The notes under the pieces: model-generated | Told to the model about the DNA's origin: nothing | Databases searched by the model: none | What the model saw: the letters and a program-made list of their open reading frames with translations, nothing else | Position numbers and translations under genes: made by a program | Assembly (NCBI GenBank): GCA_946411515.1 | Contig: CAMKEH010000003.1 | Location: forward strand, 47,572-111,571 | From: an uncultured Clostridium sp. | Lineage (GTDB): Bacteria > Bacillota > Clostridia > TANB77 > CAG-508 | Reading direction: 5' to 3' | Length of the DNA: 64,000 nucleotides | In this document: piece after piece, positions 11,681 through 22,500 of the stretch | How positions within the stretch are numbered: position 1 is the stretch's first letter | Layout of the letters: each line of letters opens with the position of its first letter

Positions 11681-13270
11681 CTAAAAATTAGCATACATAG
11701 GATCAAGTGGTACTATTCCTAATCCATAGCTTCCAAATACAATTATTGCTATAATTAATGCATAATATAAAGACCATCTGACAACTATATTTTTCTTTGA
11801 TATAGTTTCTCTGATATTTATTCCTTTTTCCTTTAATAAACTTATTACAAATATTACACAAACTATTACTCCCATAATTATAAAATCATGTATATCTATT
11901 CCTAAGTTTAATACTGTTCCATTTTGTATTTGTTCAAAAGAAAAGTTTGTAATCATTTTTCCAAACATTTCTAATCCTACTTTTAATCCAGCAGCTCTAA
12001 AGAATAGTTCGCCTATAAATACTAAAATAGTAGTTCTAACTATTTGAATAATTCTATATATTAATTTTTTACTATTTATATGTAATTTTGCATTTACATT
12101 TTTTACAATTGGCTCAATTATTCTTCCAAGCAGTATTAATACAAAATGGTACATTCCAAAGAATATATAACTCCATGCAGATCCATGCCATAATCCATTA
12201 CAAATCCATACACAAAATAGTGCTATTGAACTTGCAAGTAATGGTCCATAGTAATTTCCTATATTTTTTCTTCCCCATGATGTTAGTTTTTTACACTTGT
12301 CTGTTAAACATACTGGGTAGTAAATATAATCTCTGAACCATGCACCAAGTGTTATATGCCATCTTGTCCAAAATTCTGAAATTGTTTTAGAGAAAAATGG
12401 CTGTCTAAAGTTTTCTGGCATTTTTACTCCAAATATTTCAGCTGTACCTATTACTATGTCCATAACTCCTGAAAAGTCCATGTATAATTGTAAAGTATAT
12501 AAAACCATACCAATTGCTATTATTCCACCATCGTAATTTGAATAGTTATTAAATATTTCTAGTATAAGTGGATTTACTCTATCTACTATTATTATCTTTT
12601 TCATGAGTCCAAATAATATTCTTTGAACTCCAAATGTTAATCCTTTATATGTTGTTCTTTTGCCTTCCCATAAACTATTTGCAGTTTGGTCATATCTACA
12701 TATTGGTCCTTCCATAATTTGTGGAAAAAAGCTAATAAATAAAGCTAATCTTCCTAAATTTTTATCTGCTTTTATTTTTTCTTTATAAACATCAATTATA
12801 TAAGATATTGCCTGCAAAGTATAAAAAGAAATTCCAATAGGCATTATAAAATGTGGTATTGGCATTTGAATTGGTAAATTCATAACTTCAAACAATGAAT
12901 TTATATTTGTACCCAAGAATTTTGAATATTTTAAAACAATTAGCATTCCTAATAATATAAGCGCACTTATTACTAATATTATTCTTTGTTTTTTTAGATA
13001 TTTTTGTTTTATAATTTTCTTTTGATCTTTTGGGGATTTTTTTAATTCTTCATCTCTTTCGTTTTGTTTTTTATTTAACCATCTTCCACAAACATATATA
13101 AGTCCTGTTGTAACAAGTAAATAAATTAATAATTTACCACTTATAGACCAAAAAAACGCATAACTCGCTAGTAATAATATTTTCCATCTATGTTTTTGTG
13201 GAAGTAAATTATATAAAATTACTACTATTGGCAAAAACAAAACTAAAAATATCGGTTTTGTATATGTCAT
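11681..13270 (-). CDS. MBOAT-family membrane O-acyltransferase (DltB/AlgI-like)
   Basis: 529 aa polytopic protein. Catalytic His context FWTRWHITLGAWFRDYIYYP, as in DltB/AlgI. Confidence 0.8.
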   Translation of the reverse strand: MTYTKPIFLVLFLPIVVILYNLLPQKHRWKILLLASYAFFWSISGKLLIYLLVTTGLIYVCGRWLNKKQNERDEELKKSPKDQKKIIKQKYLKKQRIILVISALILLGMLIVLKYSKFLGTNINSLFEVMNLPIQMPIPHFIMPIGISFYTLQAISYIIDVYKEKIKADKNLGRLALFISFFPQIMEGPICRYDQTANSLWEGKRTTYKGLTFGVQRILFGLMKKIIIVDRVNPLILEIFNNYSNYDGGIIAIGMVLYTLQLYMDFSGVMDIVIGTAEIFGVKMPENFRQPFFSKTISEFWTRWHITLGAWFRDYIYYPVCLTDKCKKLTSWGRKNIGNYYGPLLASSIALFCVWICNGLWHGSAWSYIFFGMYHFVLILLGRIIEPIVKNVNAKLHINSKKLIYRIIQIVRTTILVFIGELFFRAAGLKVGLEMFGKMITNFSFEQIQNGTVLNLGIDIHDFIIMGVIVCVIFVISLLKEKGINIRETISKKNIVVRWSLYYALIIAIIVFGSYGLGIVPLDPMYANF

Positions 13271-13273
13271 TTT

Positions 13274-13504
13274 TTACCCTTCTTCCTGTAATCTAACTAT
13301 TAAGTTCCAAATTGCTTTTGCTGAATTGAAATTTTCTGGTACTATTTCAACAGTTGGTATTTGTACATCAAATTCTTCTTCTACTTCTGCTACTAATGAT
13401 ATTATTGCAAGTGAATCTAAGATTCCATCATCAATTAAAGTAGTACAATTTTCGTAATCTACACCATCTTCTATTTCTTCTAATATTTCAATTAATTTTT
13501 CCAT
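13274..13504 (-). CDS. acyl/aminoacyl carrier protein (DltC-like)
   Basis: 76 aa acidic protein with phosphopantetheine serine context ILDSLAI. Confidence 0.75.
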   Translation of the reverse strand: MEKLIEILEEIEDGVDYENCTTLIDDGILDSLAIISLVAEVEEEFDVQIPTVEIVPENFNSAKAIWNLIVRLQEEG

Positions 13505-13539
13505 TTTTCATCTTCTCCTTTTTATCTTTAATTTTATAT

Positions 13540-14700
13540 TTAAAAATTTAATTTATATGTTGGTAAATTATCTCTTACCAACTGTAATTTTTTATCTTCT
13601 GTAATTTTAAATACATATGGCAGGTCTCTACTTAAAAATAGAGATATTCCTTCTGTCATACAATATGCTCCTGTATTTTCAAACACTAATATATCTCCTA
13701 TTTGTAAATCTCCTGCTGGAAATTGTTTTACCAATATATCATTTGTTGTACATAGAGAGCCACATAAATTCCATTTTTCTTCTGTATTTTCTTTTTCAGG
13801 ATATATTTTACATTTAGGAAGTTTCATTGCCATTGATTGGCCATAATATACTAAGTGATTCATTCCTCCATCTAAAATTGCATAATTTTGTCCTTTGTTT
13901 ATTTTTTTATCTACTACTTTTGTTATATATGTTCCACAACTTGCAACAATAGACCTTCCAAGTTCTATTATGATTTTTCCTTTATATTTCATGTTTGACG
14001 TCAGATTAAAAAACTCTTCTAAAAATATATCTTCATCAAATTCTTCATTTTGGAAATAGTGTACAGGAAAACCAGCTCCATATTCTAATTCTTCTACTTC
14101 AAATTCAGATTTTTCTTTTAAGTTTTTAATTACTTCATCTAAATAGTCTAATTCTCTTTGCAAGTTTTTTAATGATCTTTTTTGAGTTCCTGAAAAATAT
14201 TGAATGCCTTTTATATTTATATTTGGATAATTATCACTATTTTCTATTATTTCTTCAGCTTCTTCCAAATTTATACCAAATTGGTTTCCACTTGTAATTC
14301 TTATCATTATGTCTATATTTTTTGCTTTAGAAATAGCTTTTATAAGATTGAATTGTTCTATTGATTCTATGGTATAGCAATTTAGTTTTTTATCACTCTC
14401 AATCATTTCTTTTATAACTTCTGGTGTTTTATATACTCCTGAAATTAATATTTTATTTGGCTCTATTTTATTTTCTTTACAAATATAATATTCTCCTGGT
14501 GAACACACTTCAAATCTATCTATTATATCTTCAATTTCTTTTACTATAAATGTATTGGCTTTTATAGCATAACAAAGTTTAACATTTTCAGGCATTTTGC
14601 TTTTTAAGTATTTAATTCTTTCCTTCAATATATTTATATCCAAAATATATGCTGGAGTATCATATTTTTCTTTTATTTCTTCAATAAAATTTACGTCCAT
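13540..14700 (-). CDS. fold-type III PLP-dependent decarboxylase (diaminopimelate/ornithine decarboxylase family)
   Basis: PLP-lysine motif CYAIKAN, plus DGGMNH and CGSLCTTND. Start set at ATG 14698-14700, just after the upstream stop and with a GGAGG RBS. Confidence 0.75.
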   Translation of the reverse strand: MDVNFIEEIKEKYDTPAYILDINILKERIKYLKSKMPENVKLCYAIKANTFIVKEIEDIIDRFEVCSPGEYYICKENKIEPNKILISGVYKTPEVIKEMIESDKKLNCYTIESIEQFNLIKAISKAKNIDIMIRITSGNQFGINLEEAEEIIENSDNYPNINIKGIQYFSGTQKRSLKNLQRELDYLDEVIKNLKEKSEFEVEELEYGAGFPVHYFQNEEFDEDIFLEEFFNLTSNMKYKGKIIIELGRSIVASCGTYITKVVDKKINKGQNYAILDGGMNHLVYYGQSMAMKLPKCKIYPEKENTEEKWNLCGSLCTTNDILVKQFPAGDLQIGDILVFENTGAYCMTEGISLFLSRDLPYVFKITEDKKLQLVRDNLPTYKLNF

Positions 14701-14701
14701 T

Positions 14702-16237
14702 TTATTTCGATACCTCCTTTGCATATTTTTTATTACTTTCATTTATCATAAGTTGTTTTCTATCTATTTTTCCGTTTTTAGTAAGTGGAAATTCTTCTAT
14801 TTTTCTAATTACATTTGGTATCATAAAAATTGGTAATTTATTAGATAAATTTTCACGTAATTCTTTTTTATCAATATTTCCTATATAAAATGCGTATAAT
14901 TTATTCTTTTCATGATTATATATGCAACATACTCTTTCAATCTTTTCTATTTTTTGTATTTCTAATTCAATTTCTTCAAGTTCTATTCTATGCCCCATAT
15001 GTTTTATTTGAAAATCTTTTCTTCCTGCAAAATATAGATTTTTATCTTTTCCAAAATATCCTAAATCTCCTGTCTTATAAATTGTTTCTAGATAGCTATT
15101 GTTTAACGGATTTTGTATAAAGCTTTTACTTGTCTGTTCTTGGTTATTATAATATCCTAAAGCAAGTGCTGTTCCTCTTACACATATTTCTCCTGTTTTT
15201 CCATCTTCATTTATCAACTTATTATTTTCGTCTAGTAACAATATTTCTTCATTATCAAAATGTTTTCCTATTGGAATTTGACTTTCATATGGTAATGTTT
15301 TATCTATTATATGATATGCACAGTTACATGTAATTTCTGTAGGCCCATATAAATTAACATATGTTGCATTAGGTAAATGTTCTATCCACTGTTTTATATG
15401 TTTTATTGGCATTACTTCTCCACTAAACAATATTTTATTAACTGTTATTGGTACTTTATAGTCTAATCCATGGAAAGTGGTTATTAAACATAATGCAGAT
15501 ACTGCCCATATTAATGTAGTTACATTATTATCACAAATATAATCTAATAACTTTGCAGGAGAAGAAAATAATTTTTTTGGGATTATTACTAATGTTGCAC
15601 CACTCTTTATACTAGAATATATATCTTTTACAGATACATCAAAATCAAATGGTGCTTGATTTCCTATAATATCTTTTTCATTAATATTAAATTTTTGTGT
15701 AAATACATTTATAAAATCTATAACTGATCTATGTGATACTACTACACCTTTTGGTTCTCCAGTAGATCCTGATGTAAAGTTTGCATATAATGGATCTATA
15801 TCCAATGCATTCTCTCTTATTTCTTCTAATTTTTCTTCATCTATATTTTCTTTTAGTAATTCTTCAATCTTTAATATTGTTATATCTTTAGAAATATTTT
15901 TAGCTAATTCATAATTTAATTCATCTGTTATAATGACATTTACTTTTGTTATCTCTACTATTTTTTCAAGTCTTGCAGCTGGTAATTCTGGATTTAGTAA
16001 TGTATAAAATCCACCAGCATAAATACTACCAAAAAAAGCATATATTGTATTTATTCCTTTTTCCATAAGTACTGCAACAGGCATTTTAGGTTTAATATAC
16101 TTATATATACTGCTTCCTATTTTTTTACTATTTTGTAATAGCTCATTATATGTACATTTTTTTTCTTCTTCAATTATAGCTATTTTTTCTTTATTAATCT
16201 TTACTGAATGTTCAAGATATTCTAATACGTTTTTCAC
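14702..16237 (-). CDS. stand-alone amino-acid adenylating enzyme (DltA-like carrier-protein ligase)
   Basis: ANL motifs FTSGSTGEPKGV, YGPTE, YKTGD, GRKDFQIKHMGHRIE and PLTKNGKIDRK. 511 aa with no condensation or thiolation domain. Confidence 0.8.
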   Translation of the reverse strand: MKNVLEYLEHSVKINKEKIAIIEEEKKCTYNELLQNSKKIGSSIYKYIKPKMPVAVLMEKGINTIYAFFGSIYAGGFYTLLNPELPAARLEKIVEITKVNVIITDELNYELAKNISKDITILKIEELLKENIDEEKLEEIRENALDIDPLYANFTSGSTGEPKGVVVSHRSVIDFINVFTQKFNINEKDIIGNQAPFDFDVSVKDIYSSIKSGATLVIIPKKLFSSPAKLLDYICDNNVTTLIWAVSALCLITTFHGLDYKVPITVNKILFSGEVMPIKHIKQWIEHLPNATYVNLYGPTEITCNCAYHIIDKTLPYESQIPIGKHFDNEEILLLDENNKLINEDGKTGEICVRGTALALGYYNNQEQTSKSFIQNPLNNSYLETIYKTGDLGYFGKDKNLYFAGRKDFQIKHMGHRIELEEIELEIQKIEKIERVCCIYNHEKNKLYAFYIGNIDKKELRENLSNKLPIFMIPNVIRKIEEFPLTKNGKIDRKQLMINESNKKYAKEVSK

Positions 16238-16459
16238 TTTTTCTCCTCTTTTTATTTATATTTTTTAGTTATCTAATTACTGTATAGTAATATATCATAT
16301 TAATTACATAAATTCAACAAATTTAGGCTATAAAGTTACCTTTTTGACAAAAAAATACCTACACCACTTTAAAAATAAGCAATGTAGGATTTATGTTGAT
16401 TTAAGGAGCCACTTAAAAGATTTTATCTTTTTATATTTTGCAATAATCAAACCAATTAT

Positions 16460-17389
16460 TTATATGTAATTATTGATAAGTTCTTTTAAAGTTTCTAATC
16501 CTTCTTTTTCTTCTTTAATCGTTTTTTCTTTTCTGAAACTTTTTTCTATATTTTCAATTCTTTCTTTTGCCGTTTTTTTAGCATTCTCTAGTTCTTTATT
16601 TCTATAGCTTATAATTGCTTCTTTTGCTGTATTATATTCAAAATTTTCAGTTTCGATATTTTTATTTTTATATTGTTTATTATAATTTGCATATATTAGT
16701 TCAGGGGTTTTTATATCTTCTCCTCTTTTATATATTTCTAAAGCATCACAAAGTTCACTTTTTTCTACTGCTTCTATTGTATTTGGAATATTTTCATATA
16801 TATAATTATAATTTATAGGATCAAAGTATCTACCCCAATTTCTAGCCTCAACTTGTTTTACATATCTTTCATAGGCGGATAATAAACTTTCTAAATATGA
16901 AACAGCCATTCCCCTTACTATAACTTCAAATCCATTTTCTTTTAACTCTTTTATTCTTTCTAAAATTCTTTCATTTTTTAATGTTACTTCAAAAATAAAA
17001 TTATATTTATTCTCAATTGCTTCCTTAAGAATTTTACTAGTCCACTTTGAGCTATCTGTTTCAACAATTGTAGAATATTCTGTTGGATATTTTTTTGCAA
17101 TTTCACTTGCTTTTGGATGAAATGGTTTATAATCATCAGTAGTTATAATTAAAGTTTCATCTAAATCATTAAAATCTTTTTTTGAATAGCCAATTAAAGA
17201 GCCCTTACCAGAACCTGGTTGAGCTCCCACTATAATAGCTTTGGGATGTTCTGATGATTTTACATTTTTCAAGTAATACTTTTTTATTATCTGATAAATT
17301 TTGTAATGTTCTTGATCTGATAATTTGTATTCTTTTATTAATTTTTCTATTTTTTCTTTTTTATTATCTATTATATTTTCTATCATCAT
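16460..17389 (-). CDS. zeta-toxin family kinase
   Basis: Walker A GAQPGSGKGS after a ~45-aa N-terminal helix; DDYKPFHP segment. 309 aa. Confidence 0.7.
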   Translation of the reverse strand: MMIENIIDNKKEKIEKLIKEYKLSDQEHYKIYQIIKKYYLKNVKSSEHPKAIIVGAQPGSGKGSLIGYSKKDFNDLDETLIITTDDYKPFHPKASEIAKKYPTEYSTIVETDSSKWTSKILKEAIENKYNFIFEVTLKNERILERIKELKENGFEVIVRGMAVSYLESLLSAYERYVKQVEARNWGRYFDPINYNYIYENIPNTIEAVEKSELCDALEIYKRGEDIKTPELIYANYNKQYKNKNIETENFEYNTAKEAIISYRNKELENAKKTAKERIENIEKSFRKEKTIKEEKEGLETLKELINNYI

Positions 17390-17399
17390 AATTCCTCAA

Positions 17400-17609
17400 C
17401 TATTTAATTTTCAATTCATTGCCATATATATTTATTACTTTGTCTATTGTATTTATATCTCCGTTATATATTTTATTTCGTTCTGCTATTAAATTATTTA
17501 ATTCATTTTCATATTGTGTATTATTTGTTGTTTCTAATTTTGTGGTTGTTTTAGATATTTTATCTGCTAATATTTCAATTGCAACATCTAATTTAACAAA
17601 ATTGTTCAC
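17400..17609 (-). CDS. putative antitoxin partner of zeta toxin (epsilon-position small helical protein)
   Basis: 69 aa ORF ending 10 nt upstream of the zeta start, on the same strand. Assigned by position only; no motif recognised. Confidence 0.4.
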   Translation of the reverse strand: MNNFVKLDVAIEILADKISKTTTKLETTNNTQYENELNNLIAERNKIYNGDINTIDKVINIYGNELKIK

Positions 17610-17658
17610 TTTAGTCCTCCTCTAGTATTTATAAAAATCTAATTAATATGAATAAATT

Positions 17659-18543
17659 TTAGAATATTTTTCCTTCTGCTAAGTTTTTTAAATATTTTCC
17701 ATATTCTGTTTTTAAAAATGGTTTTATTATTTGTAATAATTTTTCTTTATCAATCCAATTTTTTCTAAATGCTATTTCTTCTGGACATGATACTTGCATT
17801 CCTTGCCTATTTTCTATTGTTCTTACAAAATTAGCTGCTTCTAATAAATCTGCATGAGTTCCAGTATCAAGCCATGCTAGACCTCTACCTAATCTTTCTA
17901 CTTTTAATTGTTTTCTTTTCATATATTCTTCATTAATAGCTGTAATTTCTAATTCTCCTCTTGCTGATGGTTTTATATTTTTTGCTATTTCTACTACATC
18001 ATTTGGATAAAAATATAATCCTGGTACACATAGATTTGATTTTGGCTCTTTTGGTTTTTCTTCTATAGAAATTGCGTTATTATCTTTATCTACTTCAACC
18101 ACTCCATAAGCTCTTGGGTCTTTTACTGGGTATCCAAATATTGTAGCAACATCATGTTGTTTACTTACTCTTGAAAGTTTTTCTGTAAGACTTTGTCCAA
18201 AAAATATATTGTCTCCTAAAACCATTGCAACATCATCTTTACCTATAAATTCTTCCCCTAGTATGAATGCTTCTGCTAATCCGTTTGGTTTTTCTTGAAC
18301 TTTATATTCAAAATTCATTCCCCATTTAGAACCATCACCTAGTAATTCTTTAAAAACTACTATATCTCTTGGTGTTGATATAATTAATATATCTTTTATA
18401 TCTGCTAACATTAATATTGATAATGGATAATAAATCATTGGTTTATCATAAATTGGCATTATTTGTTTTGATATTGCAAGTGTTAATGGATATAATCTTG
18501 TTCCACTTCCACCAGCTAAAATTATTCCTTTTCTATTTTTCAT
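17659..18543 (-). CDS. rfbA: glucose-1-phosphate thymidylyltransferase
   Basis: [16 protein letters not shown] signature. Start set to ATG 18543 on RBS spacing. Confidence 0.9.
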   Translation of the reverse strand: MKNRKGIILAGGSGTRLYPLTLAISKQIMPIYDKPMIYYPLSILMLADIKDILIISTPRDIVVFKELLGDGSKWGMNFEYKVQEKPNGLAEAFILGEEFIGKDDVAMVLGDNIFFGQSLTEKLSRVSKQHDVATIFGYPVKDPRAYGVVEVDKDNNAISIEEKPKEPKSNLCVPGLYFYPNDVVEIAKNIKPSARGELEITAINEEYMKRKQLKVERLGRGLAWLDTGTHADLLEAANFVRTIENRQGMQVSCPEEIAFRKNWIDKEKLLQIIKPFLKTEYGKYLKNLAEGKIF

Positions 18544-18564
18544 ATTTATCATTTCCTTTCAAAA

Positions 18565-19431
18565 TTAAATTCTTCCTTCTTCTTTCAAATATCTTTTTAA
18601 ACCATCTTCCCATTCCGGAACATTGATTCCAGCTTTCATTAGTTTTTCTTTTGACATTTGAGAATTTTTTGGTCTTTTAGCTTGTGTTATTTTCATCATT
18701 TCTATGTATTCTTCTGTTGTTACAGGATTTACATTGCACACTGTTCCTGTATATTCAAAAATTGCTTTTGTAAAATCATACCATGTTGTATATCCATTGT
18801 TTGTTGCATTATATATACCAAATGGTATCTTCTTTGTAACTGCTTGATAAATAAATTCTGCTAAATCTTTTGCATATGTTGGACTTCCATGTTGATCAGC
18901 AACTACATTTAATTCATCTCTATCTTCACCTAATTTAAGCATTGTTTTAACAAAATTATTTCCACCAATTCCATATAACCATGCTGTTCTAAAAATATAA
19001 TATTTATCCGTATTTGCTTCTATTTGTTCTTCTCCATGTAATTTTGTTATTCCATATGCTGTTACTGGTGCTTTTGGATCATCTTCTTTATAATCTTTAC
19101 TTAAATCTAAATCTCCACCAAATACATAATCTGTACTAACATGTACTAATACACTATTTGCTTCTTTTGCAGCTTTTGCTAAATTTCCTGGTCCATCAGC
19201 ATTTATTTTTTCTACAATTTCTCCAGCTGTTTCTGCTTTATCAACTGCAGTAAATGCTGCACAGTTTATTATACATTCTGGTTTTTCTCTTTTTACAAAA
19301 TTCATTACCATTTCTTCGTTTGTTATGTCTAATTCTGCTACATCTGTTAAAATTAATTCATTTCCTTCTTGGAATCTTTCTCTTATTTCTTTTGCAAGCA
19401 TTCCGTTTGCTCCTGTTATTAATATTTTCAT
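18565..19431 (-). CDS. rfbD: dTDP-4-dehydrorhamnose reductase
   Basis: 288 aa with ILITGANGMLA Rossmann motif, STDYVF and YGITK motifs. Confidence 0.9.
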   Translation of the reverse strand: MKILITGANGMLAKEIRERFQEGNELILTDVAELDITNEEMVMNFVKREKPECIINCAAFTAVDKAETAGEIVEKINADGPGNLAKAAKEANSVLVHVSTDYVFGGDLDLSKDYKEDDPKAPVTAYGITKLHGEEQIEANTDKYYIFRTAWLYGIGGNNFVKTMLKLGEDRDELNVVADQHGSPTYAKDLAEFIYQAVTKKIPFGIYNATNNGYTTWYDFTKAIFEYTGTVCNVNPVTTEEYIEMMKITQAKRPKNSQMSKEKLMKAGINVPEWEDGLKRYLKEEGRI

Positions 19432-19514
19432 ATTATTTCTCCTTTTTATCCCTTATTTATTAGATAATAATTATATTATCTAATCATTACCTATGTATAA
19501 TATCACTAAAATGA

Positions 19515-19543
19515 AAAAAGTACAAGGGGTGCTTGTACTTTTT
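19515..19543 (-). terminator. intrinsic terminator after the GH73 autolysin gene (bidirectional shape)
   Basis: AAAAAGTACAAG-loop-CTTGTACTTTTT: 12-bp stem flanked by A and T runs. Confidence 0.7.
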
Positions 19544-19580
19544 CGAATATAAAGCAATTACATGTAATTTTATAATTATA

Positions 19581-22500
19581 TTAGTTGCTTGGTCTTGGGC
19601 AAGCTGTTACTGGCATATTCTCATATACTGGTATTAAAAATTCATATGGTGTGTTTAATAATCCGTTTCTTTCAAAAGCTTTTGCAGTAGCATACCCTTC
19701 ATCATTTGCTGCTCTAATATTTTGCATATATTGGTTAGTGTAATAAGGTTTTACCACTACATTATACTTTTCAAAATATTTTGTGTTTTGACCATGATTT
19801 AAATAGTTATTATATATGTATTGAGCTGTACCATATATACAAGCTTCTGGTGTATACCATCTATGTTCAAAAGCATATTGTGATCCATTCGCTATTATTT
19901 CATCCATTGTTGTTCCTGTAGCATTTATATTAGCAAAATTATAAACTTTTATCATTGTACCATTATTGTTATACCAGTATCCATTTACACTCCATCCACT
20001 ATTTCCTTGTTCTTGAATCATTCTAGAAGCTAAGTGAAATGCACTTACATTATAACTTTCTGATGCATTTACTATTGTGCTAGCATAATTCTGCAAATAT
20101 TTTCCATTTGTTATATTTGAAACATTTTCTAATGTTTCATTTGATGATCTAGCTAAATTTTGAAATTGGAATACATAATATTGGTCTAAACTGTTTCTAG
20201 GATCCATCATATATGCAATTGCTTTTCTTGACGCTTTATACCAACCACCTTGATATGAATTTGAATCTGAATAATTTCTCCATTCTCCTCCGGCTTGAGT
20301 TAAACTATATGGTTCTCCATAACTATATCCTTCTTCTGCAGTTAATACACTATTCCAATCCAACCCTGTATATACTAATTTTATTGTCCAATTTGGATGT
20401 GCATTTTGAAGTTGAGTTAAAACATCCTTATATCCTGGATACTTGGCTGTATCTACAGCTTGAAAATTAGATTTATTTTCATTTTTGACTTTCGTAACAT
20501 TTAATATGAAACGTTGACCATTTGATTCATTCTTTGTCCATACTTGAACGTTCGTTCCTGCTGCTGTATATCCTCCATATATGTCTAAATATAAATTATT
20601 TACTTTGGATATTATAGCATATCCTTCTCCATTTTTCTCTATCTTCCATTTTTGTCCATCTGTTCCATTTGCTTCCCACATCTGAACATTGGTTCCTGGG
20701 TTTGTATTTCCTTCATACACATCTAACATTTTTCCCGTTCTTACATCAGATATTGTATAATATCCATCACCAACATATGTTATATTAAATTTCTGATTGT
20801 TTGCTTCTGTTCTTTCCCATATTTCTACATTTGCTCCATTTTCAATACTTCTTCCTGTTATATCTAGTACTTTGTTTCTATCTATAATAGTTTGTATTTC
20901 ATATATTCCATTCTCTAATACATTTTTTGTAGTTTTTTCAAAAATAAAATTTTGCCCACCTGATTCACTATTTGTCCATACTTGGATATTTGTACCTGCA
21001 ACTGCATAACCTCCATAAACATCCAAATATAAATTACTTACTTTGGATATTATTGAATATGCTTCTCCATTTTTTTCTATCTTCCATTTTTGTCCATCTG
21101 TTCCGTTTGCTTCCCACATTTGCACATTCGTTCCTGGTTTTGTATAACCTCCATATACATCCAATACTTTTCCTGTTCTTACATCTGAAATTGTATAATA
21201 TCCCTCATTGTCATATGTAAATTGGAATTTTTGATTATCTCCATTTAAATTATTCCATATTTCTATATTGGCTCCGTTGTTTAAGCTACCTCCTGTAACA
21301 TCTAATACTTTTTTAGTATCTAATATGGTTTTTATTTGATATATTCCATCATCTATTATTTTTTCTTCTTTATTACTTTCTTCTATCTTCCACTTTTGTC
21401 CATTACTTTCATTTCTTGTCCATACCTGTACATTTGTACCTGCAGCTGTATATCCTCCATATACATCTAAATATAAATTACTTACTTTTGATATTATTAA
21501 ATATCCTTCGCCATTTTTTTCTATCTTCCATTTTTGTCCATCTGTTCCGTTTGCTTCCCACATTTGCACATTCGTTCCTGGTTTTGTATAACCTCCATAT
21601 ACATCCAATACTTTTCCTGTTCTTACATCTGAAATTGTATAATATCCCTCATTGTCATATGTAAATTGGAATTTTTGATTATCTCCATTTAAATTATTCC
21701 ATATTTCTATATTGGCTCCGTTGTTTAAGCTACCTCCTGTAACATCTAATACTTTTTTAGTATCTAATATGGTTTTTATTTGATATATTCCATCATCTAT
21801 TATTTTTTCTTCTTTATTACTTTCTTCTATCTTCCACTTTTGTCCATTACTTTCATTTCTTGTCCATACCTGTACATTTGTACCTGCAGCTGTATATCCT
21901 CCATATACATCTAAATATAAATTACTTACTTTTGATATTATTAAATATCCTTCGCCATTTTTTTCTATCTTCCATTTTTGTCCATCTGTTCCGTTTGCTT
22001 CCCACATTTGCACATTCGTTCCTGGTTTTGTATAACCTCCATATACATCCAATACTTTTCCTGTTCTTACATCTGAAATTGTATAATATCCCTCATTGTC
22101 ATATGTAAATTGGAATTTTTGATTATCTCCATTTAAATTATTCCATATTTCTATATTGGCTCCGTTGTTTAAGCTACCTCCTGTAACATCTAATACTTTT
22201 TTAGTATCTAATATGGTTTTTATTTGATATATTCCATCATCTATTATTTTTTCTTCTTTATTACTTTCTTCTATCTTCCACTTTTGTCCATTACTTTCAT
22301 TTCTTGTCCATACCTGTACATTTGTACCTGCAGCTGTATATCCTCCATATACATCTAAATATAAATTACTTACTTTTGATATTATTAAATATCCTTCGCC
22401 ATTTTTTTCTATCTTCCATTTTTGTCCATCTGTTCCGTTTGCTTCCCACATTTGCACATTCGTTCCTGGTTTTGTATAACCTCCATATACATCCAATACT

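Noticed and set aside
16357-16400. Terminator after the zeta toxin gene
   Set aside because: It has only a 6-bp stem with a 19-nt loop, too weak to call.
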